DNA of 64,000 bases, taken from positions 33,454-97,453 of the forward strand of contig CAVUDE010000004.1 in assembly GCA_963740155.1 (NCBI GenBank), read 5' to 3'. Shown here piece after piece: positions 52,256-62,242 of this stretch (positions are counted from its first letter, which is position 1; the number at the start of each line of letters is the position of its first letter). The translations under genes were made by a program, and so were the position numbers. The DNA comes from an uncultured Flavobacteriaceae bacterium (GTDB lineage Bacteria > Bacteroidota > Bacteroidia > Flavobacteriales > Flavobacteriaceae). The notes beneath the pieces are model-generated. The model had not been told where the DNA came from. It ran no database searches and saw nothing but the letters and a program-made list of their open reading frames with translations.

Positions 52256-55200
52256 TTAAAATTTTGCTTGAAATCCAAATCTAAAAGTTCTAGGTACAGG
52301 GTAGAAACCGCTATCAATTCCTGCCCCTAACGCTGCACCAGAGGTTGCGCTGGGATCAAAACCTCTATATTCTGTCAAGGTGAGAAAATTATCGACCGCT
52401 GCATAAAATCGTACTGAACTCAAATCTAAGTTATTAAGTAGATCGGTATTTAATGTATAGCCTATCTGCATATTATTAATTCGCATAAAAGATGCATCTT
52501 CCACAAAATAGTCAGAGAACAATTCGTTAGTCGTTGCGGCGGTGGTTACCCTAGGTACCGTATTGCTTGTTCCAGGACCTGTCCAGCGGTCTAAGATATT
52601 CACCGTAGTGTTTGCTAGTGGTACAACTCTTTCATAGTTGCGCACCATTTCATTGCCTATGGATGCATACAAATAGGTGTTCAAGTCCCAGTTTCCATAA
52701 TTAAATTGGAAATTTAGACCCATCGTAACATCAGGGATCGCATCCCCTAGATTAGTTCTATCATCAAGATTGATCACACCATCCCCATTTAAATCCCTGT
52801 AACGTATATCGCCTGGTTGTGCCGCTACGCCCAGCGGTGACTGATCTGCGTGTGCAGCTACTTCTTCTGCATTCTGAAAAATCCCGTCTGAAATTAATCC
52901 ATTAAAATAACCGATAGTTTGCCCTTTCTCAAAACGTGCTATAGGGGGTTGTCCTACACCAAATCCACCATCCTCAAAAAATCCTACAGGGTTATTTACA
53001 AAAGTCACCTCGTTGTCGATGGTAGTAATATTATAATTTACGGAAAAACTGGCCTTTTCACTCAAGTCATTTGAATACCCTATTGCAAATTCAATACCCT
53101 TATTCCTAATATCACCACCATTGATAACTGGTGGTAGAGAGCCAGGTGCGCCAATTCCGATAATACCACTGGCCGGTGGAATGAATAAAAGATCTATCGT
53201 ATCACGTTGATACAACTCTAAAACCGTCGTGAGCTTACCGTCTAAGAAATTAGCGTCCACACCTATATTTGTTGTAAATACTTCCTCCCATTTGATATCT
53301 GGATTACCAGGCTGACCGACTGCAGCAATAGTCCTCACTAGCTGATCATTCAAAATATATTCTGATTCGCCGGTAAGCGTGGAAACAAATCCAAAATTCC
53401 CAATCCTATCGCTACCAATTAATCCTGAAGAAACTCTCAGCTTTAAAAAGCTCAATTTATTGCTATCATTCAAGAACTCTTCATTACTTATAATCCACCC
53501 CGCACTAGCTGATGGGAAGTAACCGAACTTATTATTCGGTCCAAATTTTGAGCTCCCATCCCTACGCAATACACCAGAAAACAAATACTTGTCATCATAA
53601 TCATACTGAACCCTGACAAACTGAGAAAGCAAGCGAGCGTCAAAAGTTCCCGCACCAATGATATTGTCTTCCACTCTTTCTGCTGTGGTTAAATCAACTT
53701 CATTAAATCCATTAGGCTCGCTATTAATACCGGTAAAACCATTGAACTTACCTGTTTCCCTACTTGCGCTTGTACCAAGTGTTACACTAAGGTCGTGGAT
53801 TTCATTAAATGTCTTGTTATAATTGATGAAGTTATCAAAAATGTAATCCCTGAAATAGTTGCTATAAGTGTTGTAAATATTTTCATCCAGATTGAAAACC
53901 TTTCCAGGGCCATATTGAGCGCGAGGTCCGAAATTACGCCCGTATGTCTCTGCATAATTTGCCTGTATTCTAGACGTAACTTCTAGTCCATCGATGATTT
54001 CATAGGTCAAGCCAAAATTCCCACTTATCCTACCCACATAGTTGCGATTGAAAGTATTGGATAATTGAGCAACAGGATTAACGATCTCATTTCCTAGACC
54101 GATCTGATCCGCTAAGGAAAAGTCACCATTTTCATCACGTACTGGTATGGTAGGTGAAATATTTACAGCGTTAAATAAAATAGATCCCAACCCACCAGTA
54201 TTTATTCCTCGTGAGGCAGTCCATGAATATAAAGCTCCAGTTTTCATGGACAACTTATCCGTCCATTGATGATCAAAGTTTCCTCTAAAAGTAAAACGCT
54301 CGAATTTTGATTTGTCAGTACTTAGAATACCGTCTTGTTTCAGATAGGACATTCCTGCCGCATAAACGGACTTATCAGTTCCACCCTTAACGGAAATGTC
54401 GTGATTCATCTGAAATGCCTCGTCAAACAACACATCCTGATAATCTGTATCCGTCAGCTGGCTTAAATCAGAGAATGGTAAGGCCTGACCGTTATTTGCA
54501 TACGCCTCGTTTTTGATCAGAGCATATTGTTGTGCATTCAGCGTGGGCAATTTACGCGTGGTTTCTTGCCACCCCGCATAAGCATTATATTCTACTTTCA
54601 AAGGTTGCCCCTTGCGACCGCTTTTTGTGGTAATCAGAATCACACCATTTGCAGCCTGGACACCATAAATACCTGCGGTGGCATCTTTAAGAACAGAAAA
54701 GCTCTCTATATCACCCGGGTTAAGAACACTTAAATCTTCGATACGGATCCCGTCTACAAGTATAAGAGGTCTTGCATCCCCATTTGTACCTATACCACGT
54801 ATTCTAATATTAGGTGCAGCGCCAGGCGCTCCTGAGGAAGAGGTCACCGTCACCCCCGGTGCGGTTCCTTGTAACGCCTGCTCTACTCGTACGGGTTTTA
54901 AATCTTCAATCGTCTCACTATCTACAATGGAAACAGAACCTGTAATCTCACGCACTGCTTGTGTTCCATAACCTATTACAATAACCTCATTCAGTGCAGA
55001 AACGTCCTCAATAAGAAATAAGGAGAGATCATCCAGATTCTCTAGTACGAAGTCTTGTGTAGCATAACCTACGTAAGAAATGGTAAGTCGATCACCCACT
55101 TCTGCTTTAAGAGTGAACAATCCGTCAAAATCCGTGACGGCAGCTGTATTCTTAGTCCTGTTTTGGACAGTGGCACCCAGCAAAGGTTCCTTAGAGGTAG

Positions 55201-55288
55201 CATCGTAAATAGTACCTTTTAATACGTCTTGTTGTGCAAAGCTTAAAGCCGGGATAATACACAAAAAGAAAAAGAGAAGTCTTCTCAT
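52256..55288 (-). CDS. susC: SusC/RagA TonB-dependent transporter
   Basis: CarboxypepD_reg N-domain, LKDATAGIYGVQAANGVILITTK, LRRDGSSKFG, PDIKWEE, C-terminal YPVPRTFRFGFQAKF. Confidence 0.96.
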   Translation of the reverse strand: MRRLLFFFLCIIPALSFAQQDVLKGTIYDATSKEPLLGATVQNRTKNTAAVTDFDGLFTLKAEVGDRLTISYVGYATQDFVLENLDDLSLFLIEDVSALNEVIVIGYGTQAVREITGSVSIVDSETIEDLKPVRVEQALQGTAPGVTVTSSSGAPGAAPNIRIRGIGTNGDARPLILVDGIRIEDLSVLNPGDIESFSVLKDATAGIYGVQAANGVILITTKSGRKGQPLKVEYNAYAGWQETTRKLPTLNAQQYALIKNEAYANNGQALPFSDLSQLTDTDYQDVLFDEAFQMNHDISVKGGTDKSVYAAGMSYLKQDGILSTDKSKFERFTFRGNFDHQWTDKLSMKTGALYSWTASRGINTGGLGSILFNAVNISPTIPVRDENGDFSLADQIGLGNEIVNPVAQLSNTFNRNYVGRISGNFGLTYEIIDGLEVTSRIQANYAETYGRNFGPRAQYGPGKVFNLDENIYNTYSNYFRDYIFDNFINYNKTFNEIHDLSVTLGTSASRETGKFNGFTGINSEPNGFNEVDLTTAERVEDNIIGAGTFDARLLSQFVRVQYDYDDKYLFSGVLRRDGSSKFGPNNKFGYFPSASAGWIISNEEFLNDSNKLSFLKLRVSSGLIGSDRIGNFGFVSTLTGESEYILNDQLVRTIAAVGQPGNPDIKWEEVFTTNIGVDANFLDGKLTTVLELYQRDTIDLLFIPPASGIIGIGAPGSLPPVINGGDIRNKGIEFAIGYSNDLSEKASFSVNYNITTIDNEVTFVNNPVGFFEDGGFGVGQPPIARFEKGQTIGYFNGLISDGIFQNAEEVAAHADQSPLGVAAQPGDIRYRDLNGDGVINLDDRTNLGDAIPDVTMGLNFQFNYGNWDLNTYLYASIGNEMVRNYERVVPLANTTVNILDRWTGPGTSNTVPRVTTAATTNELFSDYFVEDASFMRINNMQIGYTLNTDLLNNLDLSSVRFYAAVDNFLTLTEYRGFDPSATSGAALGAGIDSGFYPVPRTFRFGFQAKF

Positions 55289-55677
55289 CAGACAATTGGT
55301 TTTGGTGGTTGTAAAAATATTTTAAGACAAGATTAGATTATATCGTTGTAGTAGTTACACAAACTCATCATGGTGTTAAATAACATGGCTGTATTTGCAC
55401 ATAATTGATTTTTCACTACTTAAACAACTGTATTTCAGAAAAATAATTAAAATATTTTGAGGCAATAATTATAGCGTGTACAGATACTTAAAAGCTTCTT
55501 GTTGTGGTGGTGTATAGTGGTTTTCGTGATTTGTAGTGCGCTATACGAAAAATTATCGTTGTGATTTTTCTCCTACTTGTAGTTATCTGATCGCAAAATT
55601 TTTAATTGAGTAGAAGAAAATGAGAGTTCACACGGGAATCATTTACATCAAATGATATTTTAAAGATGATTGTGTGA

Positions 55678-55701
55678 ATTACGCTTTCGCGAAAGCGTAA
55701 T
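55678..55701. repeat. Iterated palindrome extended to 24 bp, intergenic upstream of susC
   Basis: ATTACGCTTTCGCGAAAGCGTAAT. Confidence 0.95.
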
Positions 55702-55813
55702 AAAAATAGCTACCGTGCTCAATACTCGCATTAGATTTCATATCAGCTAATGATTAAGTTAAGAGAACCATCAATTCACCGATTTGTACTGAAACAAAAA
55801 TTGGCTTCAAAGT

Positions 55814-56725
55814 TTAAAACTTGAGCTGCTCATTCTTATCCCACAAACCCCAGTAGGCTCCTACATCACCCTCATCACCTGTTTTCCAGGATTCGTCAAA
55901 AGATGAGAAGTAAAAACAGGGGATACCTTCCCTTCTGGACCAAAGCTGTGTCTCAATAAAATAGCGCATCGCATTTTCATCAGACGCAATGGCTGCGTCT
56001 AGTCCACCACCGCGGTTAGGCCAGCCAGTTTCTGTAATGATGACTGGTTTGCCACTGGCAGCGGCTTTGGCCTGATGGTACATTTGATTCATGTGGTTCA
56101 AGGCATGCTCTGCGGGACAGCCTTCCCAGAATGGATAACAATTGGAAAGAATCACGTCACAAAGCTCTGCTAGATCCGGATGGGCGCTAAATTCATAATA
56201 GGCATCTACATAACCCACTGGAATGTGGGCTGGAATATTTGCACGCACATGGCGTATATGTTCCAGTAATTTTTCTTTGGGTAGGTCATCGCGGTACAAT
56301 ACCTCGTTACCTACTGCGGCAATATCTACAAAGCTTTTATTTGCGAGATCAATCAAGCCCTCCAGCTCTGCAGCGTTATCTTCTTCATCATCGCTCAACC
56401 AGGCACCCACCAGTGTTTTCAATCCGTGATCCTTTGCAACTTCTGGTACAAACTCGTTTCCCTCCACACACGAGAAAGAACGTATCCATTTTACATGGGG
56501 TTTCAGAATCTTGATTCTTCTATCTACCTGTTCTCTTGAAATATGATCGCCAGGTTGCTGGCCGTCCTCATACATACTGAAACAGATACCATGCATCCCG
56601 CTGGTCAACATCTCGTGCCACTGCTGCTTGAGTGCATTGATATCTAAACTGGCAACGTCGACTTTGAGATTAACTTCTTTACCTAAGTCTTCTTTTGAAA
56701 ATAAATGGTCTGGTCTGTAAGACAT
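55814..56725 (-). CDS. GH17 beta-1,3-glucanase/transglycosylase, no signal peptide
   Basis: HGICFSMY, AAVGNEVL (acid/base), IITETGWP (nucleophile), FSSFDESWK…WGLWD. Confidence 0.9.
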   Translation of the reverse strand: MSYRPDHLFSKEDLGKEVNLKVDVASLDINALKQQWHEMLTSGMHGICFSMYEDGQQPGDHISREQVDRRIKILKPHVKWIRSFSCVEGNEFVPEVAKDHGLKTLVGAWLSDDEEDNAAELEGLIDLANKSFVDIAAVGNEVLYRDDLPKEKLLEHIRHVRANIPAHIPVGYVDAYYEFSAHPDLAELCDVILSNCYPFWEGCPAEHALNHMNQMYHQAKAAASGKPVIITETGWPNRGGGLDAAIASDENAMRYFIETQLWSRREGIPCFYFSSFDESWKTGDEGDVGAYWGLWDKNEQLKF

Positions 56726-56741
56726 GATATGTTACTTGTTG

Positions 56742-59105
56742 TTATGAAAATTTGAGTTTCTGATTCTTATCCCAGATTCCCCAGTTAGCGCCTAGATCCC
56801 CTTCCAGTTTTGCTTTCCAGGATTCGTCAAAGGCAGAAAAATAATATACATCAATGTTGTTCTCCTGAGCCCATTTTTGGGTTTGGATAAAATATTTGAT
56901 TGCATTTACCGTATTGGGAACTGCCTTCTGAATCGTCTGCCCCTTGCTGGGCCATCCAGTTTCTGCAATCATGATGGGTTTGATGGGTGTCCTGCTTTTA
57001 ATTACCGCATGCATCTGTCTTAAATGCAACAATGAATCATCAATGTGATAACCTTCCCAGAACGGATAACAATTCACTAGAATCACGTCACAAGCGTCGA
57101 TCAGTCTAGGGCGTTTTATATATTCATAATATGTGTCGACATATCCCACGGGAATATCTAGCTCGCTCAATTCTGATTTTACGCGATGAATGTAATCTAT
57201 GATTTCCTCCTCTGTAAGCTCTCCCCTTAGCAAAGTCTCGTTACCTATGGCGGCGATGGAGACTTTTCCATCTCTAGCGAGGTCAATCAGGCAATTGATC
57301 TCCTGCTCGTTTCTTTCTCTATCTGCACTGATCCACGCCCCCACTAGGGTCTTGAGTCCCTGCTGGCGTGCGATACCCGGAATATGGTCATGCCCCATAG
57401 AAGTTGAAAAAGTCCTAATGTTAAGGGTATAGGGTGCGATGATTTCCAGCTGATTTTCAATCTGGCCCAAAGAAATCTTATCATCTGCTTTCTGGCCTTC
57501 CAAGTAAGGACTAAAGCATATTCCATGGATACGATCTTTAAGCATGGATGCTGCCATAGACTTCAGCACACTGATATCCTTGCTCTTGAGATCCAGTTTC
57601 TGGTAGTCTGGCATATCAATTCCTGCAGAAATAAATTGATCGAGATATCCCGCACCATAGGCAGTTCCTTTATTTGCTTTTAACTGTTTACGCCGTTTTA
57701 GTTCTGCACTTATCTCCTGGGCACGCTCTTCTGTAACGTCATAATCCTTCATGATCCACATGGCCACCGCAGTTCCCAGAATAGGCAAACCAGAGAAAAA
57801 CACACGCAATCCAAAGATGGCGCCCTCCTGCTCAGTTGCAGCTACTCCCTCTTGAAAACCTACAATACTCAATATAATTCCACTCAAAGCTCCTGCTATG
57901 GCAAAACCAAATTTCACCATCCACCAATAGATAGCGCCAAAAATTCCCTCACGGCGCTTGCCCGTATTCAACTCGTCCAGATCTATTACATCTGAGGTCA
58001 TGGACATCATCAGGGTAAATAAGCTACCTATTCCAAAACTAAAAAATGGTAAAGCGAGAATAAACAGCCACGGTGTGCCACGTACCAGCAAAAACCACAG
58101 CATAACGTAACCAATGATTGAAATCCCCTGTGACCAGATAAATGCATTCTTCTTTCCCAGCTTTCTTGACATACGCGTCACGATAGGAATAACGATAAAG
58201 GTGGTTGATAAGGCTCCCAGACAACCAAAAAGCGATGGCCAGTATCCAGCATTTGCCGCGGCCGCATCACCGTTGAAAATCTGATAAACGATAATGAAGA
58301 AAGTAAATGTCGCTACCGTATTAAAAGCATTGAATATCAAGAATGTTGCAATACACAACTTGCGGAATGGTTTAATGCTCAACGCCTCCTTAAAGCCTAG
58401 CTTAATATCTGTAAAGCTATTCTTGATATTGGATAGGGAAAGTTCTGCATAGTCTTCATCTAGAGTGGACTTGCTTTTTATGAAAAGTGCCGGCACTACG
58501 GCGACAACCATAAAAATCATCCCTACCCAGATGGCCAGTGTACGGGTGGCTTCCTCTGCGGTTTCAAACCAACCGTCATCACCGTTTAAATACATGATAA
58601 CCCAGAACCATGGGGCAATCACCCACGCCCATTGCCCTATCCACTGGGCGACTGCCATGATACTGGTGCGCTCATGGAAATCATCGCTCATCTCATAACC
58701 CATGGCTACGTAAGGAACACTAAAAATGGTCAATCCCAGATAGAAAAGAAACGACCAAAACATAAAATAAACAAAGTTGTAGTTGACTCCGTCATCTGCG
58801 TACAATTGCCACATCAGGGCAAAAGAAACACCCATGATGATGGCCCCAATCAACACGTACTGCCGGCGACGTCCCCATCTAGATTTTGTGTTATCAGAGA
58901 TAAAACCCATAACAGGATCCGTAAATGAATCAAATATGCGTGGGAAGAAATAAATGACGCCCCACATCCAGCCTGGAAAACCCAGATTCTGAACCAGAAC
59001 AACCATAAATATCCCCAGCGCAGCTGGAAACATCTGATTGGCAAGCATGCCTAAACCGAATGCTACTTTTTTACCAAATGGTACTTTTCCTGATTCGGTT
59101 GTCAT
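56742..59105 (-). CDS. MFS (GPH/MelB-type) transporter fused to a C-terminal GH17 domain
   Basis: PRIFDSFTDPVMG.ISD…RWGRRR and DLDEL.TGKRREG.F GPH motifs, then HGICFSPY, AIGNETL, IAETGWP, FSAFDESWK in one ORF. Confidence 0.92.
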   Translation of the reverse strand: MTTESGKVPFGKKVAFGLGMLANQMFPAALGIFMVVLVQNLGFPGWMWGVIYFFPRIFDSFTDPVMGFISDNTKSRWGRRRQYVLIGAIIMGVSFALMWQLYADDGVNYNFVYFMFWSFLFYLGLTIFSVPYVAMGYEMSDDFHERTSIMAVAQWIGQWAWVIAPWFWVIMYLNGDDGWFETAEEATRTLAIWVGMIFMVVAVVPALFIKSKSTLDEDYAELSLSNIKNSFTDIKLGFKEALSIKPFRKLCIATFLIFNAFNTVATFTFFIIVYQIFNGDAAAANAGYWPSLFGCLGALSTTFIVIPIVTRMSRKLGKKNAFIWSQGISIIGYVMLWFLLVRGTPWLFILALPFFSFGIGSLFTLMMSMTSDVIDLDELNTGKRREGIFGAIYWWMVKFGFAIAGALSGIILSIVGFQEGVAATEQEGAIFGLRVFFSGLPILGTAVAMWIMKDYDVTEERAQEISAELKRRKQLKANKGTAYGAGYLDQFISAGIDMPDYQKLDLKSKDISVLKSMAASMLKDRIHGICFSPYLEGQKADDKISLGQIENQLEIIAPYTLNIRTFSTSMGHDHIPGIARQQGLKTLVGAWISADRERNEQEINCLIDLARDGKVSIAAIGNETLLRGELTEEEIIDYIHRVKSELSELDIPVGYVDTYYEYIKRPRLIDACDVILVNCYPFWEGYHIDDSLLHLRQMHAVIKSRTPIKPIMIAETGWPSKGQTIQKAVPNTVNAIKYFIQTQKWAQENNIDVYYFSAFDESWKAKLEGDLGANWGIWDKNQKLKFS

Positions 59106-59108
59106 GTT

Positions 59109-60422
59109 TTATTGTTTAAATGTAGGTACGTAAATACTATCCTTAACCGGCGGTACCAGTACGGTTTCCATCATTGCTGCCTTGTTCCCGTGAAAGGTTT
59201 TTACCACTGGATTGCCGTAGCGGCCCAGTCCCTCAAAAATTCCTTTATCAACCGCGTCCCACAACACATACTTGGCTTTTCCTTCTACCGTGAACAAACC
59301 AAAATAATTTTCTGATCCATCTGGATTTGCAGCGTCTTTCCAGGGTTCATCAAAGGCTTCAAAATAGAAACAGCTCATTCCCTCGCTCTCTGTCCACTCT
59401 CTCATGTGGTCGTGGAATAAGGCCTCTTTATATTCATCATTTGCCTTGCTTCCCTCTGCACCATACATTCCCTTAGAATAACTTGCCCAGCCCGTCTCAC
59501 CTATGTGGATGGGTTTATCTGCGCCTTGTTTTGCCATGTAGGCTTTGACGCTGTTATACTGTGCCACGCAATATTCCTTGCTGCGCAGCATGGCAGCCTG
59601 TATCATTTTTTCTTTGGACAAGCCACGCTCCTCTGTCTTGACTCCCCAGAATTGTGGGTTGTAATGCGTATCGTGCATGGGATAGGTATGCATGGAAATA
59701 TAGTCCACGGCATGAATCAATTGATTCAAATCTTCCACATGGTACTGATCCTCGCCGCCGCCCCAGCTAGCAAAATTGTCAGAACTGGTTACCCATAGGT
59801 CAGGTGACAGTTCACCCTCTTTCTTTAATTCCTGTAAATGATTGACCCATTTAAGTATAACGCTAGGCTGCACATAATAGGCGGTTGCCCATTTTACCAT
59901 TGCCTCGTTGCCCACGGCAATGACTTTGACAATGTCCGGATATTTTTTTGCCAGCGCGACCGCTCTTGCGATTTCATTTGCATTGTCAGGACTCTCGACG
60001 TCATGGTTAGGCTCCATACCAGTCCATGCATTCAGGCAATCTATCCACGCGCCCAGCATCACATACATTTCAAAATTAGGATTCTCTTGTTTTATTTGGT
60101 GAATGGCCTCGAGCACGTTGCCAGCGTGAGCTAGTTGTACGTTATAGGTGCGCAACATGTGTATGCCCATCGCATCCAGCAATCGCATATCCATTTTAAG
60201 CTGGTCGATGGTGGGCTGGTCGTTTTGGTCGCGGCTCTTCAATCTGTAACCACCGTAGGAAATGGCTAGATACTCTGGATTTCCTAGTAATTCACTAGCT
60301 GTTTTGCTTTTCATCTCTTTGTTCTGGATCACTTCTTTATTGGGTTGTTCATTGGCCACCTTGCAGGAAAACATTAGAATCGCGATGAAAACAAAGGCAC
60401 TTTTTAGCTTCAGGAATCTCAT
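59109..60422 (-). CDS. GH17-type beta-1,3-glucanase lipoprotein
   Basis: Lipobox MFSC, AISYGGYR, IAVGNEAMV, HIGETGWAS, FEAFDEPWKD…SENYFGLF. Confidence 0.85.
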   Translation of the reverse strand: MRFLKLKSAFVFIAILMFSCKVANEQPNKEVIQNKEMKSKTASELLGNPEYLAISYGGYRLKSRDQNDQPTIDQLKMDMRLLDAMGIHMLRTYNVQLAHAGNVLEAIHQIKQENPNFEMYVMLGAWIDCLNAWTGMEPNHDVESPDNANEIARAVALAKKYPDIVKVIAVGNEAMVKWATAYYVQPSVILKWVNHLQELKKEGELSPDLWVTSSDNFASWGGGEDQYHVEDLNQLIHAVDYISMHTYPMHDTHYNPQFWGVKTEERGLSKEKMIQAAMLRSKEYCVAQYNSVKAYMAKQGADKPIHIGETGWASYSKGMYGAEGSKANDEYKEALFHDHMREWTESEGMSCFYFEAFDEPWKDAANPDGSENYFGLFTVEGKAKYVLWDAVDKGIFEGLGRYGNPVVKTFHGNKAAMMETVLVPPVKDSIYVPTFKQ

Positions 60423-62242
60423 CGTTTATCTTGTTTGTAGGTAAGTCCATATCCCATCGGATAAAGCGGTTCTATGCTATTGTCCCAGTAATTAGGCCCA
60501 AAAACACCCGAATAATCCTCAACACTTTCAGGCCAGCTATGTGGCAATTTTCCGGTGAAATTATATTTGCCAAAAAGTACTTCTGCAACTCCATCACCCT
60601 CTGAACCTGGCAGCCATGCACAAACAAATGCATCGCTCGTTTTGATATCTTCAGTAACGACCAGTGGGCGCCCAGAAATTATGACGGTCACAACTGGGAT
60701 GCCCTTATCTTGGTAAGATTGAATGTAATTTTTATGCTTTCGCGAAAGCGTAAACCCATATCTCTTCACCTCATGATCTATATCGCCAAAAAATTCTGCA
60801 TACGGTGTTTCTCCCACCACCACTATCGCAACGTCTGCATCATCAACTACTTGACTTGCGTCTGAATCATAGATTACCTCTGCATTGGAATGTGCCTTTA
60901 TCCCGTCCAGAATGCTGGTCGCGCCCTCGTAGGATTCTGTGACACCTTGCCAGCGTATCGTCCAGCCACCAGACTGTAATCCTGAGTTATCTGCATGTTC
61001 ACCCACGACGGCAATTTTTTTGACATCATTTTTAATCGGTAATGCCGACTCGTTTTTGAGCAACACAAGCGATTTCCTGACAGCCTCTCTCGCGACCGCA
61101 CGGTGTTTGTTACTTCCCACACTGGCCACAAGAGTCGAGTCTGCATACGGGTTTCCAAAAAGACCCATCTTGAATTTTTGCCGCAAAATGCGACGTACGG
61201 CATCGTCTATTCTAGCTGGTTGTATGGAATCAGTTTCCGCACCTCTTTTAACGCCCTCTTGAAAAACATCCATATCGCCATCTACCGCCATGACCATATC
61301 AACTCCGGCGTTAACGATTTCATTGCGGCCAAATCTCGTGTAGCCTTTCCAATCTGTCATCACGATGCCATCAAAGCCAAAACTGTTCTTCAACGTATCT
61401 GTAATGAACTCCTTGTAGGCGTGCATTTTATAACCGTTCAGCGTATTGAATGATGCCATTACCGCTCCCACATCTTCCCTGATGGCGGCCTTGTAGGGAG
61501 GAAATAAATACTTATTCAGAATCTCAGGGTTGAGATTTGCATCGCCGCCCTCGCGACCATAATCCGTTGCGCCGTCGCCTATAAAATGTTTTGCCGTTGC
61601 AACCACAGAAGTAGGATCTGACAGATCACCTTGCAATCCAGCCACGCTAGCGGCGGTCATCTGGGTGGTCAATTCCACATCCTCAGAAAATGCCTCGTAC
61701 ACCCTGCCCCAGCGCTCATTAAATGGCACGGCTGCGCACGGTGAGAACACCCAGGTGAATCCTGTGGCTCTAGATTCCATTGCCGTAATTTTTGCAGCTC
61801 TTTTTACCAGTTCCACATCACCAGTAGCTCCCATCCCGATGTTGTGCGGGAAGACCGTTGCCCCCTCAAACGTATTCTGACCATGAACAGCATCCACACC
61901 AAATAGCAGGGGAATGCCCAGTCTGGTTGACATTGCCTCGCGCTGTAGTGAGTCAAACCGCTTTTGCCAGTCTGCCGCGGTCTTTCCTGGATTGCCGCCA
62001 TTTGTGTGGATAACACTGCCTATCAATTTTGAGCGAATGATGGTATCACTGTCTATATCCCAGAAGTGCCGGATCTGCGTCATCTGGCCTATCTTCTCTT
62101 CTAGTGTCATTATATCTAGCAATGAATCCACTTTCTTCTCTATGATCGCATTTTCATCGACTATAGGAATAGCAGCGGGTTCCTTACAGCTGCTAGCTAT
62201 AAGAATACATAAACCGATGAATGGCAAAAAAAGATTTCTCAT
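60419..62242 (-). CDS. GH3 beta-glucosidase lipoprotein
   Basis: MTLEEKIGQMTQ, PLLFGVDAVHG, WGRVYE, AKHFIGDG, VMTDW nucleophile, SLVLLKN, WLPGSEG. Confidence 0.93.
   Translation of the reverse strand: MRNLFLPFIGLCILIASSCKEPAAIPIVDENAIIEKKVDSLLDIMTLEEKIGQMTQIRHFWDIDSDTIIRSKLIGSVIHTNGGNPGKTAADWQKRFDSLQREAMSTRLGIPLLFGVDAVHGQNTFEGATVFPHNIGMGATGDVELVKRAAKITAMESRATGFTWVFSPCAAVPFNERWGRVYEAFSEDVELTTQMTAASVAGLQGDLSDPTSVVATAKHFIGDGATDYGREGGDANLNPEILNKYLFPPYKAAIREDVGAVMASFNTLNGYKMHAYKEFITDTLKNSFGFDGIVMTDWKGYTRFGRNEIVNAGVDMVMAVDGDMDVFQEGVKRGAETDSIQPARIDDAVRRILRQKFKMGLFGNPYADSTLVASVGSNKHRAVAREAVRKSLVLLKNESALPIKNDVKKIAVVGEHADNSGLQSGGWTIRWQGVTESYEGATSILDGIKAHSNAEVIYDSDASQVVDDADVAIVVVGETPYAEFFGDIDHEVKRYGFTLSRKHKNYIQSYQDKGIPVVTVIISGRPLVVTEDIKTSDAFVCAWLPGSEGDGVAEVLFGKYNFTGKLPHSWPESVEDYSGVFGPNYWDNSIEPLYPMGYGLTYKQDKR
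60734..60751. repeat. Iterated palindrome copy in the GH3 gene (TLSRKH)
   Basis: ATGCTTTCGCGAAAGCGT. Confidence 0.9.
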
